Shown: piece by piece, positions 7,688-18,584 of the stretch
How positions within the stretch are numbered: position 1 is the first letter of the stretch
Layout: the number at the start of each line of letters is the position of its first letter
Origin: Clostridia bacterium
GTDB lineage: Bacteria; Bacillota; Clostridia; Oscillospirales; CAG-272
DNA length: 64,000 nt
Assembly: GCA_017501245.1 (NCBI GenBank)
Contig: JAFVXI010000013.1
Location: forward strand, 145,889 to 209,888
Direction: 5' to 3'
Position numbers and translations under genes: made by a program
The notes under the pieces: generated by a model
Seen by the model: the letters and a program-made list of their open reading frames with translations, nothing else
Told to the model about the DNA's origin: nothing
The model's database searches: none

Positions 7688-10090
7688 TTACGCCTTTTTC
7701 TTCCCGAGCTTTTGTGCTATACGTGTGACGAGGCGGCCGACGGGCGCCCTCAGAAGATGCATCAGAAGAGCGGAGGCTACTCCGAGAAGAAGCGTAAGAA
7801 CGAAGTGGATAGGATCTGCAAACGCATTAGCCATACCGAACTCGGCACCGCCAAGAAGAAGATGATCAATGATACCGACGCCCACCATTCCGACGGCGAG
7901 AGCGCCGCCGATGCCGATGACGACGCCGAGGCGCCACTTCGTATACGGACGGCAGATGTTAGTCAGATTCACGTAGCCGACCAGGGTTACGACGAGCATT
8001 GCTATCGCATCGCGAGATGCCGTTGACATACCCAGACCTGTGTAAGCCTGAACTACGAGAAGCGTAAGCGTGGGGATAAACATAGCTATCGCATAGGGTA
8101 GGCTGCACGAGATTACGTGCTCGATGAAGTTGCCCTTTATCCTCTCGTTATTCGGCTCGAAGGCAAGAAGGAAGGAGGCTATGCCTATGACGAAGAACTC
8201 AAGGAATAAGAAGTTCTTGGGTGCGAAGGGATATGCGGTAAGGGTTATTACCGAGAAGAGCGAGATGAGAATGGTGAAGATGGTCTTCATAACGAACAGA
8301 GCAGCAGATCCGCGCACGTTGTTTATACAGCGCCTTCCCTCTCTTACGACCTCGGGCAGGTGGCTGAAGTCCGAATCCATCAGGACGATCTGTGAGATCG
8401 CCGTTGCGACCTCGCTGCCGTCTGCCATGGCGATAGCACAGTTTGCCTCCTTGAGAGCGAGCGTGTCGTTTACGCCGTCTCCCGTCATGGCGACGGTGTG
8501 CCCCGCCTCCTTCATCGTTTTTATTATAAGCACCTTCTGCTCGGGGGTTACTCTACCGAAGACGGTATATTTAAGCGCCGCCTCCTTAAGCTCCTCATCC
8601 GAAAGCTCCTCGCAGGAGATATAGTCCTGACCGTTTTTGATGCCGACCCTGACCGCTATCGAGGAGACGGTTGCGGCGTGGTCGCCCGAGATGACCTTGA
8701 CGGTTACGTCCTGCTCCTGGAAGCGAGCGATAGTGTCCTCGGCGCCGGGGCGGATCCTGTCCTCTATTGCAACCAGTGCAACAGCCACGCCCTGCCCGTC
8801 AAGGCTATCCATTTTTGATAGCACGAGAACTCTCTCACCGAGTGCAGCGTGCTTTGCTATCTCGCGATCGACCTCGGGAGAGATCTCTGCGGGGACGAAT
8901 CGCGGTGCGCCTATCGCATATACGCCCAGCCCATCGATCTCTGCCGCGGAATACTTTCTCGAAGAGGAGAAGGGGATCTGCTCACCGAGCCTAAGCTCGG
9001 AGGAGCCGAAATACTCGACGAGAGCCTTGGAGGTTGCGTTTACCGCATGCTCGGCGCTCTCAAGAGCGGCTATCGCCGCCGAAATGTTGCCGTCCTTGCC
9101 GCCCGTGAGATCCACGACCTCGGACACGCGCATCGTGCCGTCCGTGATAGTTCCGGTCTTGTCGAGGCAAAGCACGTCGGCACGTGCGAGCATCTCGATG
9201 GAATACATATCCTGAACGAGCGTCTTTTTCCTCGAGAGGATAAGCACGCTCAGTGAGAGCGTTACGGTTATCAGAAGGTACATTCCCGCAGGGATCATTC
9301 CTATGACCGATCCGCAGGTTTTCTCGGCCACCGCCTTTGCTAGGGCAAAGCCGCTATATTCATCCGCAAGCACGAAGGAATTGCAAATGGCGACCGCAGC
9401 CGTCATCGGTACCATAAATATACCTATCGACTTAATAAGCCTGTCGAGCGAGAGGAAGAGATTCGAAGCCGGCTTCTTATGCTTCTTAGCCTGCTCCTCA
9501 AGAGTGTTTACGTAATTATCCTCGCCTACCGCCACGACCTCGGCGACCACCGAGCCGCTGACGAGGAAGGAGCCTGCATAAAGCTTATCTCCCGCCTGCT
9601 TTTTAACGGGATTTGACTCGCCCGTGAGCATCGACTCGTTTACCTCGCAGATGCCCGACACGACCACGGCGTCCGAGAGGACCTGCCTAGATATCTCAAG
9701 GCGCATAAGATCGCCCAGCACGACCTCGTCGGCGGCGACGTCCTTCACCTCTCCGTCTCTGATAACGGTTGCCTTGGGGTCGGTGGTCACCGAGAGCTTA
9801 TCTACGGCGGCCTTTGCTCTCGCCTCCTGGATGATGGCGAGCAGGATGTTCGGCACGACGACGAAGGCAAACGTCAGATTGCCAAACGAGCCGAAGGCTA
9901 TCATTATTGCGGCGACGATCGCCCACACGAGGTTAAAGAAGGTCAGAAGGTTGTCGGCGATGATCTTGCCGTAGGACTTTCCGTGCTTCTTTTTTACCTT
10001 ATTTACCTTTCCCTCCGCCGTGAGCCTTGCGACCTCCTCGGAGGATAAGCCAATTCGCTCGGTGGGCTCTGTATATTCACTTGATCTCAT
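7688..10090 (-). CDS. cation-translocating P-type ATPase (HAD-IC)
   Basis: DKTGTIT phosphorylation motif, TGES, MTGDGVNDTLALKEA, and about 10 TM segments. Start placed at MRSSEY because the longer track ORF would begin inside the predicted -35 element. Confidence 0.85.
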   Translation of the reverse strand: MRSSEYTEPTERIGLSSEEVARLTAEGKVNKVKKKHGKSYGKIIADNLLTFFNLVWAIVAAIMIAFGSFGNLTFAFVVVPNILLAIIQEARAKAAVDKLSVTTDPKATVIRDGEVKDVAADEVVLGDLMRLEISRQVLSDAVVVSGICEVNESMLTGESNPVKKQAGDKLYAGSFLVSGSVVAEVVAVGEDNYVNTLEEQAKKHKKPASNLFLSLDRLIKSIGIFMVPMTAAVAICNSFVLADEYSGFALAKAVAEKTCGSVIGMIPAGMYLLITVTLSLSVLILSRKKTLVQDMYSIEMLARADVLCLDKTGTITDGTMRVSEVVDLTGGKDGNISAAIAALESAEHAVNATSKALVEYFGSSELRLGEQIPFSSSRKYSAAEIDGLGVYAIGAPRFVPAEISPEVDREIAKHAALGERVLVLSKMDSLDGQGVAVALVAIEDRIRPGAEDTIARFQEQDVTVKVISGDHAATVSSIAVRVGIKNGQDYISCEELSDEELKEAALKYTVFGRVTPEQKVLIIKTMKEAGHTVAMTGDGVNDTLALKEANCAIAMADGSEVATAISQIVLMDSDFSHLPEVVREGRRCINNVRGSAALFVMKTIFTILISLFSVITLTAYPFAPKNFLFLEFFVIGIASFLLAFEPNNERIKGNFIEHVISCSLPYAIAMFIPTLTLLVVQAYTGLGMSTASRDAIAMLVVTLVGYVNLTNICRPYTKWRLGVVIGIGGALAVGMVGVGIIDHLLLGGAEFGMANAFADPIHFVLTLLLGVASALLMHLLRAPVGRLVTRIAQKLGKKKA

Positions 10091-10129
10091 TTGCTTAGTG
10101 TGCTTTCCTTTCAGGATCATATTATTAAT

Positions 10130-10159
10130 ATGATACCACAAGGGCTGAGCGATTGTCAA
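10130..10159 (-). promoter_or_regulatory. sigma-A type promoter of the P-type ATPase gene
   Basis: On the minus strand: TTGACA, 18-nt spacer, TATCAT preceded by TGG (extended -10 like). Confidence 0.4.
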
Positions 10160-10210
10160 TAAAGGGAGGGGCGGTTTTTCTTTAAATATATTAAAACAAT
10201 TTATAAACTA

Positions 10211-10239
10211 TTGACTTTTTCCTCCGGTTGTGCTAATAT
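10211..10239 (+). promoter_or_regulatory. sigma-A type promoter of the ileS leader
   Basis: TTGACT, 17-nt spacer, TAATAT. Confidence 0.55.
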
Positions 10240-10490
10240 ATCCGTGACAAATACAAAGGCACTGACGAAGACAGTAGCCGCGGAGCTTCCGCTCACAGAG
10301 AGTCGGGCATAGGTGAGAGCCCGATAGCCGAGCCGCAGGTGAATATCACTTCCGAGCCGCACCCCGAGGCTGCCACGGGCAGCATTAGACGGTGACGTAT
10401 GCCGTGGCGTAAGGACGGCGCATATTGATCGATATGTGAAATAGGTGGTTTTTTCCGTTTCCGTATTGGAGGCGGTTTTTTGTTTTTTAC
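10240..10490 (+). promoter_or_regulatory. T-box leader (Ile specifier) with intrinsic terminator
   Basis: GA/K-turn-like GACGAAGACAGTA, AGAGAG and GGTGAGAG stem-I motifs, and a specifier loop GAATATCAC with ATC (10345..10347) followed by A. T-box-like AAATAGGTGGT is at about 10439. The terminator is CCGTTTCC-GTATT-GGAGGCGG (10455..10475) followed by TTTTTTGTTTTTT. Confidence 0.75.
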
Positions 10491-10555
10491 CACTCTGTCA
10501 CCACGATATGTTTTTTAATAAAGCGGCCGTGCCGCACATCATAAAGGAGAAGAAA

Positions 10556-13500
10556 ATGGCACACGAGGTCTACGAAAAGGTTTCGACAAACCTTGATTTT
10601 GTCAAAAGAGAAAAGGAGACGAGAGCCTTCTGGGAGGCAAACTCCATCTTCGAAAAGAGCATTAAGCTCCGTGAAGGATGCGATAACTACACCTTCTTTG
10701 ACGGCCCCCCTACGGCAAACGGAAAGCCACACATAGGTCACGTTCTTACCCGTGTTATCAAGGATATGGTTCCGAGATATCAGACCATGAAGGGCAGAAG
10801 AGTCCTTCGTAAGGCGGGATGGGACACCCACGGCCTGCCCGTTGAGCTTGAGGTAGAGAAGAAGCTCGGCATTGACGGAAAGGATCAGATCGAGGCTTAC
10901 GGTCTCGAGCCCTTCATCGGTCACTGCAAGGAGTCGGTTTGGAAATATAAGGAAATGTGGGAGGACTTCTCCGGAACTGTCGGCTTCTGGGCTGATATGG
11001 AGCATCCCTACGTCACCTACACTAACGATTTCATCGAGTCGGAGTGGTGGGCTTTGAAGAAGATATGGGACAAGGGTCTGCTCTACAAGGGCTTCAAGAT
11101 CGTTCCCTACTGCCCTCGCTGCGGCACCCCTCTTTCCTCTCACGAAGTTGCACAGGGATATAAGACCGTAAAGGAGCGCTCGGCTATCGCACGCTTCAAG
11201 TGCGTTGGCGAGGATGCATACTTCCTTGCGTGGACGACCACACCCTGGACTCTGCCCTCCAACGTTGCGCTCTGCGTAAACCCCAAGGACACCTACTGTA
11301 AAGTAAAGGCTATCGACGGCTACACCTATTATATGGCGGAGGCTCTGCTTGAGACCGTGCTTCGCCCCCTCGCAAAGGAGGGTGAGACTGCCTACGAGAT
11401 CCTCGAGAGGATGCAGGGCAGCGAGCTTGAATACCGTGAGTACGAGCCCCTCTTCGAGTGCGCAGGCAAGGAGGCCGCAAGGCAGAAGACCAAGGCGCAT
11501 TACGTCGTTTGCGACAGCTACGTAACGATGTCCGACGGTACGGGTATCGTTCATATCGCTCCCGCATTCGGTGAGGACGACTCAAAGGTCGGAAGGAAGT
11601 ACGGCCTGCCCTTCGTTCAGTTCGTAAACGGAAAGGGCGAGCTCACCGATGACACCCCCTACGGCGGCGTTTTCGTCAAGAAGGCAGATCCCATGATCAT
11701 CGAGGATCTTGGCAAGGAGGGTAAGCTCTTCTCTGCTCCTAAGTTTGAGCACGAGTATCCCCACTGCTGGAGATGTAACACGCCCCTTATCTACTACGCA
11801 CGTGACACCTGGTTTATCAAGATGACCGCCGTGCGTGAGGATATTATAAGAAACAACAACACCGTTAACTGGATCCCCGAGTCCATCGGTAAGGGACGCT
11901 TCGGCGACTGGCTTGAGAACATCCAGGACTGGGGCCTTTCGAGAAACAGATATTGGGGAACTCCTCTTAGCATCTGGGAATGCTCCTGCGGCCACCGCCA
12001 TGCGATAGGCTCTATCGAGGAGCTTAAGTCGATGTCCGACAACTGCCCTGAGGGCATCGAGCTTCACCGCCCATTCATAGATGAGGTAACGCTTAAGTGC
12101 CCCGAGTGCGGCGGCGAGATGAAGAGGGTCAGCGAGGTTATCGACTGCTGGTTTGACTCCGGCTCGATGCCCTTTGCACAGTGGCATTATCCCTTTGAGA
12201 ACAAGGAGCTGTTTGAGACGCAGTTCCCTGCAAACTTCATCTCCGAGGGCGTTGACCAGACGCGCGGCTGGTTCTATTCTCTGATGGCTATCTCGACGCT
12301 CATCTTCGACTGCGCACCCTACAAGAACGTTCTCGTCCTCGGCCACGTGCTTGACAAGGACGGACAGAAGATGTCCAAGTCCAAGGGCAACGCAGTTGAC
12401 CCCTTCGAGGCTCTCGAGGCCTACGGTGCCGACGCTATCCGCTGGTATTTCTATTCGAACTCCGCTCCCTGGCTCCCCAACCGTTTCTTCGGCGAGGCGG
12501 TAGTCGAGGGACAGAGAAAGTATATGGGCACGCTCTGGAACACCTACGCCTTCTACGTTCTCTACGCCAACATCGACGGCTTCGATCCCACCAAATATAC
12601 GCTTGACAGATCCACCCTCTCGGTTATGGATAAGTGGATACTCTCCAAGCTCAACTCCACCGTAAAGGCAACCGACGCATACCTCGGCGCATACAAGATC
12701 ACGGAGGCTACCCGTGTGCTTGAGAGCTTCGTCGACGAGCTTTCAAACTGGTACGTCCGCCGCAGCCGCGAGCGCTTCTGGGTGAGCGGAATGCCCACCG
12801 ATAAGGTAAACGCATATCTCACCCTCTACACCGCACTCGTTACGATAGCTAAGGCGTCCGCACCTCTTATCCCCTTCATGACCGAGGATATTTACAGAAA
12901 CCTCGTTTGCTCGGTAGATAAGAGCGCACCCGAGTCCATCCACCTTTGCGACTACCCCGCATACGACGAGAGCCTCATCGACAAGGCGCTTGAGGAGAAT
13001 ATGGAGGAGGTCGTGGACATCGTCGTTCTCGGCCGTGCCTGCCGTAACGCCGCAGCTATAAAGAACCGTCAGCCCGTCGCACGTATGTACGTCAAGACCG
13101 ACAAGGTCCCCGAGGAGAGCTTCGTGCCCGTTATCGCAGAGGAGCTCAACCTCAAGGAGGTCGTATTTACCGATAACGTCCGCGACTTCACGACTTATAG
13201 CTTCAAGCCCCAGCTCCGCACCGTCGGACCTAAGTACGGTAAGTATCTCGGCGGCATCAGAAGCACGCTCTCTACCCTTGACGGCAACGCCGCTATGGAC
13301 GAGCTTGAGGCAAATGGCTCGATCACCTTTACCGTCCAGGATGCGGAGATAGTCCTCACCCGTGACGACCTTCTCATCGAGATGACCAAGAAGGAGGGCT
13401 TCGAGTCGCTTGGCGACAAGGGCGTCACCGTAGTTATAGACAAGAACCTCACCCCCGAGCTCATCGAGGAGGGCAACGTAAGAGAGATCATCTCCAAGAT

Positions 13501-13717
13501 CCAGACTATGCGTAAGGACTCCGGCTTCGAGGTTATGGACCGCATCAAGGTCGCATTCCTTGGCAACGCTAGTGTTGCGGCAGTTGCCGAGCGCAACAAG
13601 GCTGAGATCTGCGAGCAGACCCTCGCCGACGAGCTTCTCATCGAGCAGACACTCACGCACTCCAAGCTCTGGAACATTAACGGTGAGGACGTAACCATCT
13701 CTGTTGAGAAGGTATAA
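10556..13717 (+). CDS. ileS: isoleucine--tRNA ligase (long, type-2-like form, 1053 aa)
   Basis: FFDGPPTANGKPHIGH (HIGH) and KMSKSKGN (KMSKS) motifs. AAGGAG RBS before ATG 10556. The track ORF start at 10445 lies inside the T-box terminator. Confidence 0.95.
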   Translation: MAHEVYEKVSTNLDFVKREKETRAFWEANSIFEKSIKLREGCDNYTFFDGPPTANGKPHIGHVLTRVIKDMVPRYQTMKGRRVLRKAGWDTHGLPVELEVEKKLGIDGKDQIEAYGLEPFIGHCKESVWKYKEMWEDFSGTVGFWADMEHPYVTYTNDFIESEWWALKKIWDKGLLYKGFKIVPYCPRCGTPLSSHEVAQGYKTVKERSAIARFKCVGEDAYFLAWTTTPWTLPSNVALCVNPKDTYCKVKAIDGYTYYMAEALLETVLRPLAKEGETAYEILERMQGSELEYREYEPLFECAGKEAARQKTKAHYVVCDSYVTMSDGTGIVHIAPAFGEDDSKVGRKYGLPFVQFVNGKGELTDDTPYGGVFVKKADPMIIEDLGKEGKLFSAPKFEHEYPHCWRCNTPLIYYARDTWFIKMTAVREDIIRNNNTVNWIPESIGKGRFGDWLENIQDWGLSRNRYWGTPLSIWECSCGHRHAIGSIEELKSMSDNCPEGIELHRPFIDEVTLKCPECGGEMKRVSEVIDCWFDSGSMPFAQWHYPFENKELFETQFPANFISEGVDQTRGWFYSLMAISTLIFDCAPYKNVLVLGHVLDKDGQKMSKSKGNAVDPFEALEAYGADAIRWYFYSNSAPWLPNRFFGEAVVEGQRKYMGTLWNTYAFYVLYANIDGFDPTKYTLDRSTLSVMDKWILSKLNSTVKATDAYLGAYKITEATRVLESFVDELSNWYVRRSRERFWVSGMPTDKVNAYLTLYTALVTIAKASAPLIPFMTEDIYRNLVCSVDKSAPESIHLCDYPAYDESLIDKALEENMEEVVDIVVLGRACRNAAAIKNRQPVARMYVKTDKVPEESFVPVIAEELNLKEVVFTDNVRDFTTYSFKPQLRTVGPKYGKYLGGIRSTLSTLDGNAAMDELEANGSITFTVQDAEIVLTRDDLLIEMTKKEGFESLGDKGVTVVIDKNLTPELIEEGNVREIISKIQTMRKDSGFEVMDRIKVAFLGNASVAAVAERNKAEICEQTLADELLIEQTLTHSKLWNINGEDVTISVEKV

Positions 13718-13787
13718 AAACAAGATAAGTAAATAATTATTGTCATTTCAGCGCTATTCTATATAGAAATAGGCGTGAAAACGGCAA

Positions 13788-13836
13788 AGCAGCCCCGCGG
13801 AAGAGTTCGCATCCTCCGCCGGGCTGCTCTTTTTTT
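13788..13836 (+). terminator. rho-independent terminator after ileS
   Basis: AGCAGCCC ... GGGCTGCT stem followed by CTTTTTTT. Confidence 0.7.
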
Positions 13837-13979
13837 ATTAAACGGGGTAATACATGGCTGAGCGATGCATCAAGGGCTCGCCGTTTGCCTCGTTTTAAAT
13901 TGGCAGAAAGCCACTATGACGCCACCCGTGTCAGCTTTTTCGTCTAAACCGACGTTATATTCAAGGCAGGCAAAGCCTC

Positions 13980-16415
13980 TTAAAGCATCGTTATCGCCGT
14001 GACAAGGACGGAGATGTCATCACTCGTTCTGCCGTGCGCCCTGGCGGCCGCCATTATCGCATCCCTGAGCGCCTCCGCCGAGGCCACGCCCGGCTTGGCG
14101 ATAGCATCGAGGAGCCAGGGTGCCTCACCGTCCTGGCTGATGCCGTCGGAGAACATCACGATATAGTCGCCGCCCTCGACCTCGACCCTTATCCTCTCGG
14201 CGTCAAGCTCGTCGCAGAGGCCTATCGGACAGGTCTTTGACCTTATGCGAAAGAGCGACGATCCCCTCTTGATATAGGATGCCGCAGCTCCGCATTTGTA
14301 GAAGAGAGCCTCGCCCGAAACGAGGTCCAGCGTGAACAGGTCGACCGTCGCCGAGCATTCCTTCTTTGACTTTCTCACGGTGTTATTAAGCAGGCGTAAA
14401 ACGCTCTCGCACCCTCTGCCAAACTCCAAAGCCCGCCCGAGAAAATCGGCGACGAAGAGAGATGCCTTCATAGCCTCGCCGCCCGTCCCCATGCCGTCGG
14501 AGATGAGTGCAAAATACCTCTCCTCGGCACTCTCAAAGGCTCTTGCGGTGTCACCCGATTCGCTGCCCGAAACAGGCACAACCGACGACGCTGACGACGC
14601 CGAATATTTCCTTGCGGCTGCACATTCAACCAGCGCCATCCTTCCTTTTCTGTAATATTCGGGCTGGCCGAGCCTTACCCCCGCTACGTCCTCAAGCCCT
14701 CGCCTGAGAGTAGGAGAGCTAACGAAGCTGCCCGACTCATCCTCTGCCGCAATTATAAAATGCGGCCTTCGCTCGCCGAACACCTGCGCCGCACAGACCT
14801 CTACCCCCTCCTCACGAAGAAGCTCGGTAACCTTTGCGGTCAAGTGCTCGTTGAGACTCTTTTCGGCGGAGTCCGTAAGCCTTGCCTCGTTTATCAGCCT
14901 TGATAGATATTCGTAGTCCTCGGGTGAGGTGTCTCGCTTGCGCTCTCTGTATTTTTCCTCAGAAACGATGCCGACGGCTCGGTTTATCGACTCGGCTATG
15001 CCTGCGGCTGTCAGAGATAGCTGCGGCGGTGCGCCGAGGTCCTCCCTCGTGATAGCTCTCCCGGAAGATAGCACGGCCACGATAGTATCCAGCCTCGAGA
15101 GCATCGCCTCAAGCTCCGCCTCGGCATCCGTGATGCCGGCACCCTCCTTTGCAAAATATCTTTTTATACATTCGGATGCAAGCCTTGAGAGCTCCTCGCG
15201 GCTCATGCTCTCATCCTCACGCCTCGTGTCGTACGCCAGCCTCGATAGAGCCGAAAATGCGCTCTCAAGCGTATCAAGTGAGCCTGAATATCTGTTCTTA
15301 AAGGAGAGCGCCATCGTTCCGACCATATCCTCGGCAACCGCCTCGCTCGCCTCGACCTCCTCCTCGCTATGCTCGGGTTCAGTTCGCTTTAAGAGCGGAA
15401 TCGAGATCGCCGCCGCTATCGCATATTCGGGCAAAACCGATAAAAAGCCTATCGCACCGTCCATATAGCCACCCCACATAGAGAGTGCCGCACCGCCGAG
15501 CAGAAGCGACGGTATGATGCCCAAAGAGCCGAGCGCACCCACGACCAGGCCAGCAAGCGTAAAGGCGACCGAATAGCTCCCCGACAGTCCTACCGATGCG
15601 GCAAAGCCGACCGCCGCACCCCTGAGCGCACCGAAGCGCCTGGCGGCAAAGAGCGCCGCAAAGGATGCAAACAGGTAGCCCGCACCGATGCCGAGCAGCT
15701 CGTAGGAGGCAAGAGAAATAGAGATAAGAAAGATGCCGAAGAGCGAGGAGCATTGAAAGAAAATAACCGAAAAACGCTCCTCCTCGGACAGCCTCCTCAG
15801 GCTGAAGAGATTACCTGCGCCAAAGAACACGGCTCCCGCACCTATCCCCGCACCGAAGATGCCCGAGAGAAGGTAGGTTATCACGGGCGGCAGAATTATC
15901 ATCGAGACGGCAAAAAGCACCGTCGTGAGCGTGAGGGAATTAAGCAGCACCTCGTAGACCGCAGCAACGAAGCCGCCGATCAGTGCGCTCGAGGCTCGGA
16001 GCATAAGGCTTTCCGAAAACAGCGTCGGCGAGCCGCCATCAGACCCCTTTCGGTCGGTCGCAGAGATGATGACCCTGAGAAAGGCGACGATGACGGATAT
16101 AAGAGAATAGATCACGCCCGGCGCACCGAGCGTCAACGAGCCTAAGACCGAGCCGAGCACCGCCGCCCACACCCGTGTAGGCAAAACGGCGATAGCACCT
16201 ATCGCAACCGGGTAAGCCCCGAATATAACGTGACATCTTGCGAACAGAAACAGTATAACGAACACGGCAGCGTCGTAAACGATTGACGAGCCCTCCTTGC
16301 CCATAGCCAGCGAGCCCTTAATAGCCTCGATCAGCCCGGCAAAAAAGCCCCGCCTTTTCTCCTTTATCTCGCCCTCGACGGCGCCGTCCTTTATTACATC
16401 CATAGCCTTTTCCAT
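13980..16415 (-). CDS. spoIIE: stage II sporulation protein E (membrane PP2C phosphatase)
   Basis: About 10 N-terminal TM segments followed by a C-terminal PP2C domain (ISDGMGTGGEA ... MFSDGI). Size is typical of SpoIIE. The true start may be the MDVIK codon at 16403. Confidence 0.85.
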   Translation of the reverse strand: MEKAMDVIKDGAVEGEIKEKRRGFFAGLIEAIKGSLAMGKEGSSIVYDAAVFVILFLFARCHVIFGAYPVAIGAIAVLPTRVWAAVLGSVLGSLTLGAPGVIYSLISVIVAFLRVIISATDRKGSDGGSPTLFSESLMLRASSALIGGFVAAVYEVLLNSLTLTTVLFAVSMIILPPVITYLLSGIFGAGIGAGAVFFGAGNLFSLRRLSEEERFSVIFFQCSSLFGIFLISISLASYELLGIGAGYLFASFAALFAARRFGALRGAAVGFAASVGLSGSYSVAFTLAGLVVGALGSLGIIPSLLLGGAALSMWGGYMDGAIGFLSVLPEYAIAAAISIPLLKRTEPEHSEEEVEASEAVAEDMVGTMALSFKNRYSGSLDTLESAFSALSRLAYDTRREDESMSREELSRLASECIKRYFAKEGAGITDAEAELEAMLSRLDTIVAVLSSGRAITREDLGAPPQLSLTAAGIAESINRAVGIVSEEKYRERKRDTSPEDYEYLSRLINEARLTDSAEKSLNEHLTAKVTELLREEGVEVCAAQVFGERRPHFIIAAEDESGSFVSSPTLRRGLEDVAGVRLGQPEYYRKGRMALVECAAARKYSASSASSVVPVSGSESGDTARAFESAEERYFALISDGMGTGGEAMKASLFVADFLGRALEFGRGCESVLRLLNNTVRKSKKECSATVDLFTLDLVSGEALFYKCGAAASYIKRGSSLFRIRSKTCPIGLCDELDAERIRVEVEGGDYIVMFSDGISQDGEAPWLLDAIAKPGVASAEALRDAIMAAARAHGRTSDDISVLVTAITML

Positions 16416-16775
16416 CCTTGTTTTTTGCTTTCATTTTAATATATGAAGGCTGCGAAAGCGGACGTAATCGGTCTGTCGAAAAGCGCCTGATTTTATATAG
16501 GAGGCTAGAAGGCGGGGGGCTATCCACGGGAAATAATATATAAGGGCCTTTATCGACGCCTCTTGCGATATGTTATCCCGCTGATTTATGCATAAAAGTT
16601 GACACGGGATGGATGCGGGCGCAGCTTTGGCGTCAAAAGAGCTTATATCATACGACAAAAAAGAAAAGGGCAGAGGTGGTACGCCGCTCCAAAACAGGAT
16701 AGGCTACGACTTCTGCCCGATCTCGCACAATAAAACGCAAGATATGACTATTATTATTTACATTAATTTGATATT

Positions 16776-18134
16776 TTAGTTCTTAAGCGAATGAATAGGC
16801 GCAGGTATTCTGCCACCTCTCGAAATAAAACGCTCGCAGGAATCCTGCCTTAAGGGCATTATCGGAGCATAGCCGAGGAGTCCGCCGAACTCCGCACTCT
16901 CGCCAACGTCCTTGCCCCAGACGGGGATGACTCTGACAGCCGTGGTCTTGGTGTTTACAACGCCTATCGAGATCTCGTCGGCAATGATGCCGGAGATGGT
17001 GGATGCGGGTGTGTCGCCGGGGATCGCTATCATATCAAGGCCGACCGAGCAGACCGCCGTCATAGCCTCAAGCTTTTCAAGAGAGAGGACCCCGCGCTCG
17101 ACAGCCTCGATCATTCCTCTGTCCTCCGAAACGGGGATGAATGCGCCCGAGAGTCCGCCGACGTGGCTCGACGCCATAACGCCACCCTTTTTGACCGCAT
17201 CGTTAAGCAGTGCAAGCGCCGCCGTCGTGCCGTGAGTGCCGCAACGCTCAAGACCCATATTTTCAAGTATCTCGGCAACCGAGTCGCCGGCTGCGGGAGT
17301 GGGAGCAAGAGAGAGATCGACGATGCCGTAGGGAACGCCGAGCCTCCTCGCCGCCTCGGCGGCAATAAGCTGACCTACTCTCGTTATCTTAAACGCTATC
17401 TTTTTAACCGTGTCGGCAAGGGCGGAGAAATCGCAGTCGCCCGCCTCCTTGATGGCAGCCGCAACAACTCCGGGGCCGCTGACGCCGACGTTGATGACCG
17501 TGTCGGGCTCGCCTATGCCGTGTACCGCACCCGCCATAAAGGGGTTATCCTCGGGGATGTTTGCAAACACGACGAGCTTTGCACAGCCTATCGAATCACG
17601 CTCACGGGTGAGATACGCCGTTTCCTTGATGATCTCGCCCATGCGCTTTACGGCGTCCATATTGATGCCCGCCTTAGTGGTGGCGACGTTTACCGACGAG
17701 CAGATATGCTCGGTTTCAGCGAGGGCTTGGGGGATGGACTCAACGAGAGCCTCGGCTCCCTTGATCGCTCCCTTTTGAACATGTGCGGAATATCCGCCGA
17801 TAAAGTTAACTCCCAGGGTGGTCGCCGCGCGCTCGAGCATATGCGCAAGCCTGACGAAGCCGTCCGGCGAGAGCCCCGCCCCGACGTAGGAGATCGGAGT
17901 CACCGAGATCCTTTTATTTACGATCGGGATGCCGTAGGTGCGCTCAAGATCCTCGGCAACCTCGACGAGCCTCTTTGCCGAGGTCGTGATCTTATCGTAT
18001 ATCTTCGCCTCAAGTCTGGCGGGATCGTCGGAAATGCAATCGAAAAGAGAGATGCCCATAGTGACGGTACGGATGTCGAGGTTCTCCTCGCGTATCATCT
18101 TTATGGTCTCTAAGATATCCTGTGTGTTAAGCAT
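16776..18134 (-). CDS. PFL-like UPF0210 (DUF711) family protein
   Basis: N-terminus [30 protein letters not shown] is typical of the UPF0210 family. It is paired with the upstream ACT-domain gene. Confidence 0.75.
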   Translation of the reverse strand: MLNTQDILETIKMIREENLDIRTVTMGISLFDCISDDPARLEAKIYDKITTSAKRLVEVAEDLERTYGIPIVNKRISVTPISYVGAGLSPDGFVRLAHMLERAATTLGVNFIGGYSAHVQKGAIKGAEALVESIPQALAETEHICSSVNVATTKAGINMDAVKRMGEIIKETAYLTRERDSIGCAKLVVFANIPEDNPFMAGAVHGIGEPDTVINVGVSGPGVVAAAIKEAGDCDFSALADTVKKIAFKITRVGQLIAAEAARRLGVPYGIVDLSLAPTPAAGDSVAEILENMGLERCGTHGTTAALALLNDAVKKGGVMASSHVGGLSGAFIPVSEDRGMIEAVERGVLSLEKLEAMTAVCSVGLDMIAIPGDTPASTISGIIADEISIGVVNTKTTAVRVIPVWGKDVGESAEFGGLLGYAPIMPLRQDSCERFISRGGRIPAPIHSLKN

Positions 18135-18403
18135 CAGATCCTGTGCATGCTGTTGAAGATGTCCTCGTGCATAACACGGACGTCAACGCCGCTCTCCTTT
18201 CCCATTTCCTCCATGCCTACGGCAAAGCTTTTGAAATCGACCTTAAGTCCGTCAAGCTCAACGAGCATGATCATCGCAAAATATTCCTTAAGGACCGACT
18301 GACTGATGTCGATGATATTAACTCCGTACTTTGCGCACTCTGCGCTGGCGGCGGAAATGATACCGACCTTATCCTTACCCGTAACAGTTACAACTGCCTT
18401 CAT
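18134..18403 (-). CDS. ACT domain-containing protein (UPF0237)
   Basis: 89 aa. [20 protein letters not shown] is typical of ACT/UPF0237 proteins. It overlaps the downstream UPF0210 gene by 1 nt. Confidence 0.75.
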   Translation of the reverse strand: MKAVVTVTGKDKVGIISAASAECAKYGVNIIDISQSVLKEYFAMIMLVELDGLKVDFKSFAVGMEEMGKESGVDVRVMHEDIFNSMHRI

Positions 18404-18502
18404 TTGCTATACCTCTTTTGATTTTTGCAGCCACGGAAAGGCACGCCGCCCGAAGCTTAACAATACTCTACTACAAGTTTTTTTATTTGTCAATAGATAA
18501 TA

Positions 18503-18531
18503 TTGAAATCAAGGCGCCGATATGGTAAAAT
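18503..18531 (+). promoter_or_regulatory. sigma-A type promoter of truB
   Basis: TTGAAA, 17-nt spacer ending in TGG, TAAAAT. Confidence 0.45.
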
Positions 18532-18584
18532 AAACGTTGAAAGAACAAAGCGGCGAGCCACACCCTCGCCACCGGGAGTAAGCT

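Noticed and set aside
10487-13723. Antisense ORFs inside ileS (10487..11554, 11582..12346, 12743..13723).
   Set aside because: They are shadow frames of a confidently identified ileS. The two I checked (10487..11554 and 12743..13723) are codon-aligned with it. The first of them also runs through the T-box terminator.
16431-16658. A 75-aa minus-strand ORF in the spoIIE upstream region.
   Set aside because: It has no RBS, it lies within the promoter and terminator region between spoIIE and the UPF0210 operon, and it has no recognisable features.
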